Notes under the pieces: model-generated
Database searches by the model: none
What the model saw: the letters and a program-made list of their open reading frames with translations, nothing else
Told to the model about the DNA's origin: nothing
Source: Algoriphagus sp.
GTDB taxonomy: Bacteria; Bacteroidota; Bacteroidia; Cytophagales; Cyclobacteriaceae
Length of the DNA: 64,000 bases
Assembly: GCF_046296635.1 (NCBI RefSeq)
Contig: NZ_JBKBKZ010000018.1
Span: 16,977 to 80,976 of the forward strand
Direction of reading: 5' to 3'
Shown: in pieces, positions 1 through 7,901 of the stretch
Numbering within the stretch: position 1 is the stretch's first letter
How the letters are laid out: every line of letters starts with the position of its first letter
Program-made: the position numbers and the translations under genes

Positions 1-809
1 TCTATCAGCAGCATGGGATTCCCACTGCTGATTTTATTTTGACTGAAAATAAGGCGGATGTTATTGCCAAAAAGGACTTTTTACCCGCTGTAAATAAGCT
101 CGGAAAAGAAGGCTATGATGGTCGTGGAGTCCAGATTTTGAGGTCGGAAGCAGATTTGGAAAAAGCCTTTGATGCTCCTGGTCTTTTGGAAAAACTCATC
201 GATTTCAATAAAGAAATTGCCGTGACCGTAGCCCGCAATGAAAACGGTGACTTGATCGCTTATCCTGCAGTAGAGTGTGCCTTTCATCCGACTGCCAACT
301 TGGTCGAATTCCTCTTTGCGCCAGCTGAAATTTCTACAGAGGTTGAAGCCAAAGCTCAAGAAATCGCTAAAGATGTCATTTTGAAATTGGATATGGTCGG
401 CCTCCTCGCTGTCGAACTTTTTGTCACCAAATCCGGTGAAGTCCTAGTAAACGAAATAGCTCCACGTCCACACAACAGCGGGCACCATACGATTGAAGCC
501 AACTTTACCTCTCAGTTTGAGCAGCATCTGCGCTCAGTGATGAATTGGCCATTAGGAGATCCAAGTTTGAGATGTCCTGCTGCCATGATTAATTTGCTTG
601 GTGAAGACGGTTTTTCTGGTCCTGCAATCGTGGAGGGAAAAGAAGAGGCTCTTGCACAAAAAGGAGTGTATATTCACTTGTATGGAAAAAAGCTCACAAA
701 GCCGTTTCGAAAAATGGGTCATGTGACTATTCTCGACGAAGATCTTGACAGCCTCAAGTCCAAAGCCAATCGAATCAAAGAACTTATCAAAATCAAATCT
801 ACTCCATGA
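1..809 (+). CDS. purK: N5-carboxyaminoimidazole ribonucleotide synthase (PurK), 5' end outside the window
   Basis: The frame is open from nt 3 (YQQHGIPTADF...). The translation has an ATP-grasp body with NEIAPRPHNSGHHTIE. The stop overlaps the purE start as ATGA. Confidence 0.9.
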   Translation, partial: YQQHGIPTADFILTENKADVIAKKDFLPAVNKLGKEGYDGRGVQILRSEADLEKAFDAPGLLEKLIDFNKEIAVTVARNENGDLIAYPAVECAFHPTANLVEFLFAPAEISTEVEAKAQEIAKDVILKLDMVGLLAVELFVTKSGEVLVNEIAPRPHNSGHHTIEANFTSQFEQHLRSVMNWPLGDPSLRCPAAMINLLGEDGFSGPAIVEGKEEALAQKGVYIHLYGKKLTKPFRKMGHVTILDEDLDSLKSKANRIKELIKIKSTP

Positions 810-1321
810 ACCCACAGGTAGGAATAATCATGGGAAGTCAATCCGATCTTCCTGTCATGGCCGAAGCGGCGCAGTTTTTAGAGGAAATCGGTATAGCATA
901 CGAACTGACGGTGGTATCTGCACATCGCACTCCACAGCGAATGATTGACTATGCGCAATCAGCCCGTGAGCGAGGAATCAAAGTCATCGTAGCAGGTGCC
1001 GGTGGTGCAGCGCATCTTCCGGGAATGGTCGCTTCCTTGACCAGTTTGCCAGTGATTGGAGTTCCTGTGAAAAGCTCAAATTCTATCGATGGTTGGGATA
1101 GCATCCTGTCCATTTTGCAGATGCCAAGTGGGATTCCCGTGGCGACAGTTGCCTTGAATGGAGGTAAAAATGCCGGGATCTTGGCCGCCTCCATTGTAGG
1201 AGCCTTTGATTTAGAAGTTGGGAAAAAGATGGATGCCTTCAAAACCGGCCTTTACGAAAAAGTCGAAGAATCCGCCGCAGAAATTGAGGAAAGGGGCTGG
1301 AAAGCGATGTTGAAGAAGTAA
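806..1321 (+). CDS. purE: N5-carboxyaminoimidazole ribonucleotide mutase (PurE)
   Basis: 171 aa with GSQSDLPVM...VVSAHRTP...AGGAAHLPGMVAS, typical of PurE. It is coupled to purK. Confidence 0.95.
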   Translation: MNPQVGIIMGSQSDLPVMAEAAQFLEEIGIAYELTVVSAHRTPQRMIDYAQSARERGIKVIVAGAGGAAHLPGMVASLTSLPVIGVPVKSSNSIDGWDSILSILQMPSGIPVATVALNGGKNAGILAASIVGAFDLEVGKKMDAFKTGLYEKVEESAAEIEERGWKAMLKK

Positions 1322-1403
1322 GGGGTGACCCCCTAAGTAAGAGATTTACAAAAGGGGCTGGTGTTTTAGAAGCTTAAACTTCAATTTTAACCTACCTTTT
1401 GCC

Positions 1404-1512
1404 ACTTTTTTTTAACCGCAAAGGTTGCACAAAGGAAGAGATAAAAGACAGTATCATTTTCTTAACGAACCTCAAGGGTTTTAGCCGAATCAATCCTCTC
1501 TGAGGACACAAA
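1404..1512. repeat. Copy of a dispersed intergenic element (TTAACCGCAAAG...GCACAAAGGAA...CTCTGAGG)
   Basis: The 20-nt string ACTTTTTTTTAACCGCAAAG (1404-1423) recurs exactly, inverted, at 59169-59188. The GCAAAGGAA and CTCTGAG submotifs that follow also recur there. Confidence 0.55.
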
Positions 1513-1680
1513 GTTAAAAAAGCTAAAGCTTTTTTAATCTGCTCGGTAAATTTATCTGAACTCTAAAACCCAATAATTATTAGGAGTCTAAGTTTGAAAG
1601 TTGTTAAGTTGACTAGGGTAAAACGCATACAAACCTATCTAGACGCCGTAAATCGTAACTCTTAAATCGTAAATACCTTC

Positions 1681-1830
1681 ATGGATTGGAAAAAGCCTAT
1701 CAAATTCAAAATAGGAGACGTGGACTGGGAAATGCCACTTAATGTACTGCTACTTCTAATCTTCCTCGCTTTGGTATTGATGGCGGGCGGACTTTGGATG
1801 GGTTTCCGCTTTGGTTCGGGACAGCTTTAA
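1681..1830 (+). CDS. Possible 49-aa single-pass membrane peptide
   Basis: ATG ORF MDWKKPIKFKIGDVDWEMPLNVLLLLIFLALVLMAGGLWMGFRFGSGQL with one hydrophobic helix. It is below the ORF-track cutoff and nothing else supports it. Confidence 0.25.
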   Translation: MDWKKPIKFKIGDVDWEMPLNVLLLLIFLALVLMAGGLWMGFRFGSGQL

Positions 1831-1848
1831 ATTTAATACTTTAAGTTA

Positions 1849-1965
1849 ATGAGCCGATTAGCAATCCTAATCGGCTCATATTTTTTAATATTATGAGCCG
1901 AATATATATTTAATCGGCTCATAATTTCCCTATATTTGAGCCGAATAAGAAATCTAATCGGCTCA
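1849..1965. repeat. Three phased inverted repeats, ATGAGCCGA(N)TCGGCTCAT, upstream of and overlapping the fic start
   Basis: IR1 1849-1879 (13-bp arms, 5-nt loop), IR2 1893-1922, IR3 1937-1965. The arm cores are identical. Spacing is 44 and 43 bp. Confidence 0.85.
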
Positions 1966-3077
1966 TGAGCTACAATTGGCAACAGGAAGGCTGGCCGGAA
2001 TTTGAGTTTACACCCGGAATAATCGAGGATGTCCAACTCAAGTTTCTGCTGAAATCGGGGAAATCAAGTGGACGATATTCCGGAATTACAGAAGAGAAGA
2101 AAGACCAACTTCTCGTGGATATCCTCTTGTCCGAGGCAATCAAAACCTCGGAGATTGAAGGCGAATTTCTCAGCCGAGTCGATGTCATGTCTTCGCTGAA
2201 AAAGAACCTTGGTATCCATGAGGAGCAACCGCGATTAGTCAAAGATCATCGAGCAAAGGGCATTGCCAAGCTGATGGTCGCGGTCCGCCAATCTTGGAAG
2301 GCCCCACTCAGCGAAACGATGCTTTTCTCTTGGCATGAGATGCTGATGGAAGGAAATCGATATATAAAAGCAGGTGAATGGCGAAAGGGAACCGAGCCAA
2401 TGCAAGTCGTTTCGGGTGCTTTGGGAAAAGAAATCGTCCATTTTGAAGCACCACCTTCTGAGCGAGTAAAAAATGAAATGGACCGATTTATCTCCTGGTT
2501 CAATTCCACGGCACCAGAAGTAGAAAAGGCGATACTAAATCCGATTTTGCGATCTGCATTGGTTCATTTGTATTTCGAAAGTATTCACCCTTTCGAAGAT
2601 GGAAATGGCCGGATAGGTCGGGCTTTGGCCGAAAAAGCGCTGCATCAAGGAGTAGATCAGCCGATTTTGATTAGTTTGTCCCAAGTCATCGAGGCCCAGC
2701 GGCAGCTCTATTACGATCAACTCAAACAAGCCCAGCAAAGTCTTCAAGTAGATTCTTGGTTGCTGTATTTTGCTGATGTGGTGATGAAAGCTCAGGAAAA
2801 AGTGGAGGAACTGATTGAGTTTTCACTTCAAAAGACCAAGCTTTTTGATTCCTTTAGCAAGGAATTGAACGAGCGAGAATTGAAAGCACTTAATCGAATG
2901 CTGGATGAAGGTCCGGATGGATTTGAAGGCGGCATGAACGCTAAAAAATATATGTCGCTCACCGAAGCGTCTAAAGCTACTGCAACCCGAGACCTTCAGC
3001 ACCTGCGTGACTTAGGGATTTTCGTAGCAGAAGGTGGCGGGCGAAGTGTGCGGTATCAGGTAAATTTACAATCCTAA
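1965..3077 (+). CDS. Fic family protein (class II, N-terminal inhibitory helix, C-terminal winged HTH)
   Basis: Canonical Fic motif HPFEDGNGRIGR. Inhibitory TxxxEG motif (TSEIEG) lies upstream of it. The C-terminal ATATRDLQHLRDLGIF...GGGRSVRY looks like a wHTH. Confidence 0.9.
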   Translation: MSYNWQQEGWPEFEFTPGIIEDVQLKFLLKSGKSSGRYSGITEEKKDQLLVDILLSEAIKTSEIEGEFLSRVDVMSSLKKNLGIHEEQPRLVKDHRAKGIAKLMVAVRQSWKAPLSETMLFSWHEMLMEGNRYIKAGEWRKGTEPMQVVSGALGKEIVHFEAPPSERVKNEMDRFISWFNSTAPEVEKAILNPILRSALVHLYFESIHPFEDGNGRIGRALAEKALHQGVDQPILISLSQVIEAQRQLYYDQLKQAQQSLQVDSWLLYFADVVMKAQEKVEELIEFSLQKTKLFDSFSKELNERELKALNRMLDEGPDGFEGGMNAKKYMSLTEASKATATRDLQHLRDLGIFVAEGGGRSVRYQVNLQS

Positions 3078-3082
3078 AACCA

Positions 3083-3116
3083 AACCCTCCAAGGGACTTT
3101 AAGCCCTTGGAGGGTT
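3083..3116 (+). terminator. Strong hairpin after fic (13-bp stem AACCCTCCAAGGG / CCCTTGGAGGGTT)
   Basis: Perfect 13-bp stem with an 8-nt loop. There is no clear T-tract and it lies only 8 nt before the next ATG, so it could be a terminator or a processing/stability element. Confidence 0.5.
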
Positions 3117-3124
3117 AGCAAAAG

Positions 3125-4258
3125 ATGAATCCCATGAATAACCTTATCCAACTCCGACATACCCTCCATCAATTCCCTGAAGTAGCTTTGGAAGAAAGCC
3201 AAACTGCTCAACGGATTCTGGAATTCTTCGATCCATTAAAACCAGATCAGGTATTTGAAAAATTGGGAGGTACAGGCTTGGCTTTCGTCTTCAAAGGGGA
3301 AAAGCCGGGAATGCGGATTCTTTTCCGTTGTGAATTGGATGCTTTGCCGATTGAGGATCTCAAAGAGAGTCCCTACCAAAGTAAAATTCCGGGAAAAGGA
3401 CATCTTTGCGGGCATGATGGGCACATGGCAATCATCTGCGGACTGGGAGAAAAGCTAGCTCAAAACCGTCCTGAATCGGGCGAAGTCGTCCTTCTTTTTC
3501 AACCTGCAGAAGAAACAGGTGATGGTGCACAAGCTGTTATCGCTGATCCAAGATTTGAGCAAATCAAACCTGATTTTGCATTTGCGCTGCACAATCTTCC
3601 GGGTTATCCATTGCATCAGATCGTGATGCGAACCGGGACATTCGCAGCTGGAAGCACCGGAATGACAATTTATCTGAAAGGAAAAACTTCGCACTCTGCC
3701 CATCCTGATGCTGGAATCAATCCTGCCCAAGCGTTAGCCAAGCTCATCCAAGAATTGCCTCAATTACCAAAACAGGCAGAAGGATTTGCCTTGCTGACAT
3801 TAATTCACGCTGAGTTGGGAAGTTTGGCTTTTGGAACTAGCGCTGGAAAGGCAAGTCTGAGTATGACCTTGCGTGCATTTGACCAGCAGGATTTGGATGT
3901 ATTAATCGAAAAAGTGAAAGCTAAAGCCCAAACGATAGCTGAATCAGAGCGATTGCAAATTGACTTCAGCTTTGTGGAGCAGTTTGCCGTCTCTTTCAAT
4001 GATCCAAAGCTTTATAAGTTGGTGGAAAATACGGTTCAAAACCTTGGAATTAGCTTAGTCGAAAAACCCGAACCTTTCCGTTGGTCTGAAGACTTTGGAC
4101 TTTTTTCTCAAGTTTGTCCTTCGTTCTTGTTTGGATTGGGTTCGGGAGAAAATTGTCCTCAATTGCATGAAGGAACCTATGATTTCCCGGATGAATTGAT
4201 TGAAACGGGAGTAGGGATGTTTGAAGGGATTTTAAGATTGCTTCAAAATAAACTTTAA
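3125..4258 (+). CDS. M20 family amidohydrolase (aminoacylase / hippurate hydrolase-like)
   Basis: 377 aa with LRHTLHQFPE, HLCGHDGH and FQPAEE metal-binding motifs typical of the M20D family. Confidence 0.8.
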   Translation: MNPMNNLIQLRHTLHQFPEVALEESQTAQRILEFFDPLKPDQVFEKLGGTGLAFVFKGEKPGMRILFRCELDALPIEDLKESPYQSKIPGKGHLCGHDGHMAIICGLGEKLAQNRPESGEVVLLFQPAEETGDGAQAVIADPRFEQIKPDFAFALHNLPGYPLHQIVMRTGTFAAGSTGMTIYLKGKTSHSAHPDAGINPAQALAKLIQELPQLPKQAEGFALLTLIHAELGSLAFGTSAGKASLSMTLRAFDQQDLDVLIEKVKAKAQTIAESERLQIDFSFVEQFAVSFNDPKLYKLVENTVQNLGISLVEKPEPFRWSEDFGLFSQVCPSFLFGLGSGENCPQLHEGTYDFPDELIETGVGMFEGILRLLQNKL

Positions 4259-4265
4259 AAAAAGG

Positions 4266-4285
4266 AGGTCGACTTTTGCCGACCT
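4266..4285. terminator. Hairpin between convergent genes (AGGTCG / CGACCT)
   Basis: 6-bp GC-rich stem flanked by an A-run and a T-run, between the M20 stop and the permease stop. Confidence 0.4.
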
Positions 4286-4374
4286 TTATCAATACTTTTA
4301 TCCTGTGTTAAAGTTTTTACAGCTTCTGACTTGCTAATATTTTTAACTGTTTGTTAAGAGCCCTTTGTAATTAC

Positions 4375-5349
4375 TCACAGTAGAATATTGAAAACATAGC
4401 CTGAAAAAATAATAAATAGTGTGACAACACCGAAATAGATTACAATTAATTTTAAGGACATGACTTTTTTCAGCAAAGTGGCTTCAGGAATGGATAAACC
4501 CACAGTCCCCATCATGAACGCTATGGCGGTACCAAGGGGAACTCCTTTTGCCACGAATACTTGAATGACTGGCACAATACCCGCTGCATTGGCATACATG
4601 GGTACTGCAAATATTACTGCAATGGGTACGGTCCACCATTGTCCACCTCCTAAGTACTGACCAAAGAAGTTTTCAGGGACGTAACCGTGCATGGCCGCAC
4701 CAATGGCAATACCGATGATGACATAGATGACTACTCCTCTTACAATTTCCCATGCAGCTCGAGTAATGTCTGGTAAGCGCTGACGAAATGTTAAATGTTC
4801 TTCTTCGTACTCCCCTTGTTCCATCTTGTTTGCCAAGATTTTTTTGACCCAATCCGAAAGCAAGGGTTCCAAATTGAATTTGCTTAAAAGCCAACCTCCG
4901 ATCGTCCCCAAAAGAATCCCTGAACCAGCATAGATGAGGGTAGCTTTTAATCCAAACATCCCAATAAACATGGCAATCGCTACCTCGTTTACAAGGGGTG
5001 AAGTGATTAGGAAGGCAAATGTTACTCCAAGAGGAATTCCGCCCTGAACGAAACCAATAAACAAGGGAACTGAAGAGCAAGAACAAAAGGGAGTAATCGC
5101 ACCGAAAATCGAAGAAAAGAGGTACTCCAGTCCGTAAAGTTTCCTGCGATTAAGAAAGTCTTTGAGTTTTTCGATAGGCAAGTAAGCATTCACTATCCCC
5201 ATCAAAAAGACGATCACAAACAGAAGAATGAGAATTTTCAGCGTGTCATACACGAAGAAATTCAGGGCTGTACCCAAATGGGTTTCTGCACCAATTCCGA
5301 AGACGGAATAGATTAGCCAATCCGCAAAGTGTTGAATCCAATCAAACAT
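4375..5349 (-). CDS. Permease of the DUF318 / UPF0718 (ArsP-like) family
   Basis: Polytopic membrane protein with the family's FCSCSSVPL motif. The preferred ATG at 5349 (MFDWIQHF) overlaps the upstream gene's stop (TAATG). Confidence 0.8.
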   Translation of the reverse strand: MFDWIQHFADWLIYSVFGIGAETHLGTALNFFVYDTLKILILLFVIVFLMGIVNAYLPIEKLKDFLNRRKLYGLEYLFSSIFGAITPFCSCSSVPLFIGFVQGGIPLGVTFAFLITSPLVNEVAIAMFIGMFGLKATLIYAGSGILLGTIGGWLLSKFNLEPLLSDWVKKILANKMEQGEYEEEHLTFRQRLPDITRAAWEIVRGVVIYVIIGIAIGAAMHGYVPENFFGQYLGGGQWWTVPIAVIFAVPMYANAAGIVPVIQVFVAKGVPLGTAIAFMMGTVGLSIPEATLLKKVMSLKLIVIYFGVVTLFIIFSGYVFNILL

Positions 5350-5717
5350 TATTTTGTACTTTTTGAGGTTGCCTTCACGGCAAATTGCACAGCAGCTTCC
5401 TTGGCAGAGGTTAGAACTGGGCACCAAACCTCAGGTATTCTTATATTTTTTTGGCCTTGAGCCATCTGTTCCCAACCTTTTTTCATTTTCCTTAAGTTGA
5501 TTAGAGAGGCGATGAACATGATCATCATGCCACTCATCACCATGAGAACTGAGAAGATTAATTCGGTGGAAAATTCTGAAAAGAATGAAGTTTCAAAACC
5601 ACCAGTTTTAACTCGCACGTAAACTACCCATAGGAGGATACTGACACCTATCATGGTCGACATCACAGTGAGATAGGCAGGAATGTTTTTTCTGGGGAAG
5701 GGATTCACATTATTCAT
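5349..5717 (-). CDS. Hypothetical small membrane protein (two hydrophobic helices plus a soluble tail)
   Basis: 122-aa ORF whose stop is coupled to the permease start. No motif recognised. Confidence 0.6.
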   Translation of the reverse strand: MNNVNPFPRKNIPAYLTVMSTMIGVSILLWVVYVRVKTGGFETSFFSEFSTELIFSVLMVMSGMMIMFIASLINLRKMKKGWEQMAQGQKNIRIPEVWCPVLTSAKEAAVQFAVKATSKSTK

Positions 5718-5735
5718 TTTATTTGTAAGAATTGG

Positions 5736-6191
5736 TTAACAGCACTTACTTTCTTCTGCTTTTGAACTGCTTCCGCAGCATGAAGATTGAACCGATGACT
5801 GGGCCGGTGCTGGAGTTCCACAGCAGCCCGATCCTTGGGAGGCTACTACAGCTTGATTTCCTTTGGTAGGAAAGCCTTTTTCTACCCACCTGATAATACC
5901 CAATTTCATATTGACCACTTTTTCTGAATTGTATCCATGATTGATCAGGAATCCTGCTGCTCTCAGGCTTCTTCCGCCACCTCTACAGACCATGACGACT
6001 TCTCGGTCTTTTGGTATTTCGGTATAACGGTCTTCAAATTCGCTTAGTGGAATGTTGAGAAAAGATGGAACATCATAGGCCAATTCTTCAACTTCGTCCT
6101 TTTCACGAACATCGACTACCAAGGCACCATTTGCTACCCATCCTTGGGTTGTAGTTGGGCAAATTTCTTTTACTAAAGTTTGATTTTCCAT
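5736..6191 (-). CDS. Rhodanese-domain sulfurtransferase with a Cys-rich C-terminal tail
   Basis: Six-residue active-site loop CRGGGR. The C-terminal 31 aa contain three CC pairs (GCCG...SCCG...KCC). Confidence 0.8.
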   Translation of the reverse strand: MENQTLVKEICPTTTQGWVANGALVVDVREKDEVEELAYDVPSFLNIPLSEFEDRYTEIPKDREVVMVCRGGGRSLRAAGFLINHGYNSEKVVNMKLGIIRWVEKGFPTKGNQAVVASQGSGCCGTPAPAQSSVQSSCCGSSSKAEESKCC

Positions 6192-6198
6192 GGATTTA

Positions 6199-6432
6199 TT
6201 ATTTTAAGAATGCAACGATTTCACTTACTTGAGCTATCCTTCCTTTGACTTTGATTTGGTCATCAATCATCAGCACTGGAGTGGTGAGGATATTGTATTT
6301 CATCATCTCTTCGATGTCTTCAATTTTTTCAACGTTGGCCTCTATGTTGGTCAATTTTAGTGCTTCGAGCACATTGCTGTAGGTGGTTTTACACTTGGGG
6401 CATCCCGGTCCTAATACTTTTATCTGGGTCAT
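6199..6432 (-). CDS. Thioredoxin-fold protein (redox-active disulfide protein 2-like)
   Basis: 77 aa starting MTQIKVLGPGCPKCK, with a CxxC motif. Size and layout fit this small Trx-like family. Confidence 0.8.
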   Translation of the reverse strand: MTQIKVLGPGCPKCKTTYSNVLEALKLTNIEANVEKIEDIEEMMKYNILTTPVLMIDDQIKVKGRIAQVSEIVAFLK

Positions 6433-6454
6433 TTATTTTGATAATTTAAATTGA

Positions 6455-6499
6455 TTCGTAAATGCACGAACATTCATTCGTAGTTCGCAATACTACGAA
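6455..6499. promoter_or_regulatory. Two palindromes upstream of the trx-like gene (candidate ArsR operators)
   Basis: TTCGTaaatgcACGAA at 6455-6470 (5-6-5) and TTCGTAGTtcgcaatACTACGAA at 6477-6499 (8-7-8). Confidence 0.5.
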
Positions 6500-6515
6500 C
6501 ATAATGTTCAAAAAA

Positions 6516-6821
6516 TTATTTCAGGATTTTGTTAAGTAAAATTTTGGCGAGGTTGAAATTCTCGCGATTGATACAATATCTGGTTGTAGGAGGCGTGATA
6601 TTACCTTGAATGAGTCCTGCATCCTTAAGTTCATTCAGATGCTGAGACAAGGTGGACTTAGCGATGGGAAGCTCATTTGCCATGTCGCCGTGAAAGCAGC
6701 AGGCCTGAGAATTGAGCAATTCCAAGATGGCTATTCGCACCGGATGTCCTAGGGCTTTCGCAAAACGAGCCGTTTGCTCTTGCTCGGCTGTGAAATAATC
6801 TGTTTTAAGAAGAGTTGGCAT
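6516..6821 (-). CDS. ArsR/SmtB family transcriptional regulator
   Basis: 101 aa with FAKALGHPVRIAILELL, a CC pair (ACCFHGD) and LSQHLNELKDAGLI as the recognition helix. Confidence 0.9.
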   Translation of the reverse strand: MPTLLKTDYFTAEQEQTARFAKALGHPVRIAILELLNSQACCFHGDMANELPIAKSTLSQHLNELKDAGLIQGNITPPTTRYCINRENFNLAKILLNKILK

Positions 6822-6839
6822 TTAAATACATTTTAAAAT

Positions 6840-6857
6840 GTTCGTGAATATACGAAC
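6840..6857. promoter_or_regulatory. Palindrome GTTCGTgaatatACGAAC upstream of arsR (candidate autoregulatory operator)
   Basis: 6-6-6 perfect palindrome 19-36 nt upstream of the arsR ATG. It has the same TTCGT-N6-ACGAA core as 6455-6470. Confidence 0.5.
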
Positions 6858-6931
6858 AACAATTAAAACAGATTCATTATTTCTAACAATTATCAAAAGA
6901 AAAAAGGCCAACAATCGGCGGCCTTAGTGTT

Positions 6932-7714
6932 TTAGAAATCTGAATAATCAGTGGGATAAAGAAGCCGCTGATCGTTTCGGTTCATGATATTTTGGTACTC
7001 AGGCATTACTTTCATTCTGTCCCAGTCTGGATCGGTGCCGAATGCTTTCCAATGCGCATCCCGTGATTCCATATTGGTAAAAGTGGTCATATACATCAAG
7101 TTTGGCATATTTGCTCCAGCCATCACTTCTCCGTAGAATACCGGATTAAAATCCAACTTGGTGAAAATATCCATTTCACCGGAATTAAACATCTTGACTT
7201 TTTGCTTGTAAAGTCGCTCCGTTTGACTCTCGTAGCTTCTCAATTCATACACTCTGTCTTTCTTTGGTCCGGTCACTTTTGACTCGGTAAACCGAGGTTG
7301 CCCAGTAAAAGCTTGCATAAAAGCAGTTTCGATTCGCTTGTAGGGAGGATTGTCGTGAGGAGCGTTGATGTAGGCCGAGCCTGCAGTCTGATAGGTTTGG
7401 TCTTTGCTAAGCTTTCCCTCCATCTTCGAATAGGCTTTCATGGAAGAATACGGGATGAAGAGGTAAACTTTTTTCCCCGCATCGGGCTGCGAGGCGACAG
7501 GTTTGAAAACTCCAACTTTTGCGACGCCATTTCTGTGAAGTGCAGGCAAAAGTGCTTTTTCAAGGTAGGTGTCCAGCTGACTTTCCTGACTTGCATTTTC
7601 GATATGGTAAGTTCGAAGCTCGTAAAAATCCCTTTTGCCCTGAGCAAAAGAGGTAGCCGTCACAAAGGCAAATAGGAACAGTAAAGAAATTGGAATTAGG
7701 TTTTTTGTTTTCAT
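6932..7714 (-). CDS. NIPSNAP family protein, secreted (two NIPSNAP repeats)
   Basis: Signal peptide, then duplicated FYELRTYHI / VYELRSYES modules. Confidence 0.7.
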   Translation of the reverse strand: MKTKNLIPISLLFLFAFVTATSFAQGKRDFYELRTYHIENASQESQLDTYLEKALLPALHRNGVAKVGVFKPVASQPDAGKKVYLFIPYSSMKAYSKMEGKLSKDQTYQTAGSAYINAPHDNPPYKRIETAFMQAFTGQPRFTESKVTGPKKDRVYELRSYESQTERLYKQKVKMFNSGEMDIFTKLDFNPVFYGEVMAGANMPNLMYMTTFTNMESRDAHWKAFGTDPDWDRMKVMPEYQNIMNRNDQRLLYPTDYSDF

Positions 7715-7827
7715 GGCAATAGGTTTTTAGGGTTGATTGCTACTAAGAAATGTCAATTTAATCCAAAATAGTGCGAGATATTTTCCGTCTGTGGATTAGG
7801 GTTGGATTTTAGGGAATTTCAAAATTC

Positions 7828-7860
7828 AGACCTGGCAGGTTTTGGAAACCTGCCAGGTCT
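7828..7860 (-). terminator. Perfect 15-bp hairpin (AGACCTGGCAGGTTT / AAACCTGCCAGGTCT)
   Basis: Second hairpin downstream of the M1 peptidase gene. 3-nt loop. Confidence 0.5.
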
Positions 7861-7872
7861 AAAGCCCCAAAA

Positions 7873-7901
7873 AAGCCCCGAAGGAATTTCCCACGGGGCT
7901 T
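7873..7901 (-). terminator. Rho-independent terminator of the M1 peptidase gene
   Basis: AAGCCCCG / CGGGGCTT stem, followed on the minus strand by TTTTT. Confidence 0.6.

Noticed and set aside
1321-1340. The near-palindrome TAAGGGGTGACCCCCTAAG after purE, as a possible terminator.
   Set aside because: The stem is imperfect and short, with a 3-nt loop and no T-run.
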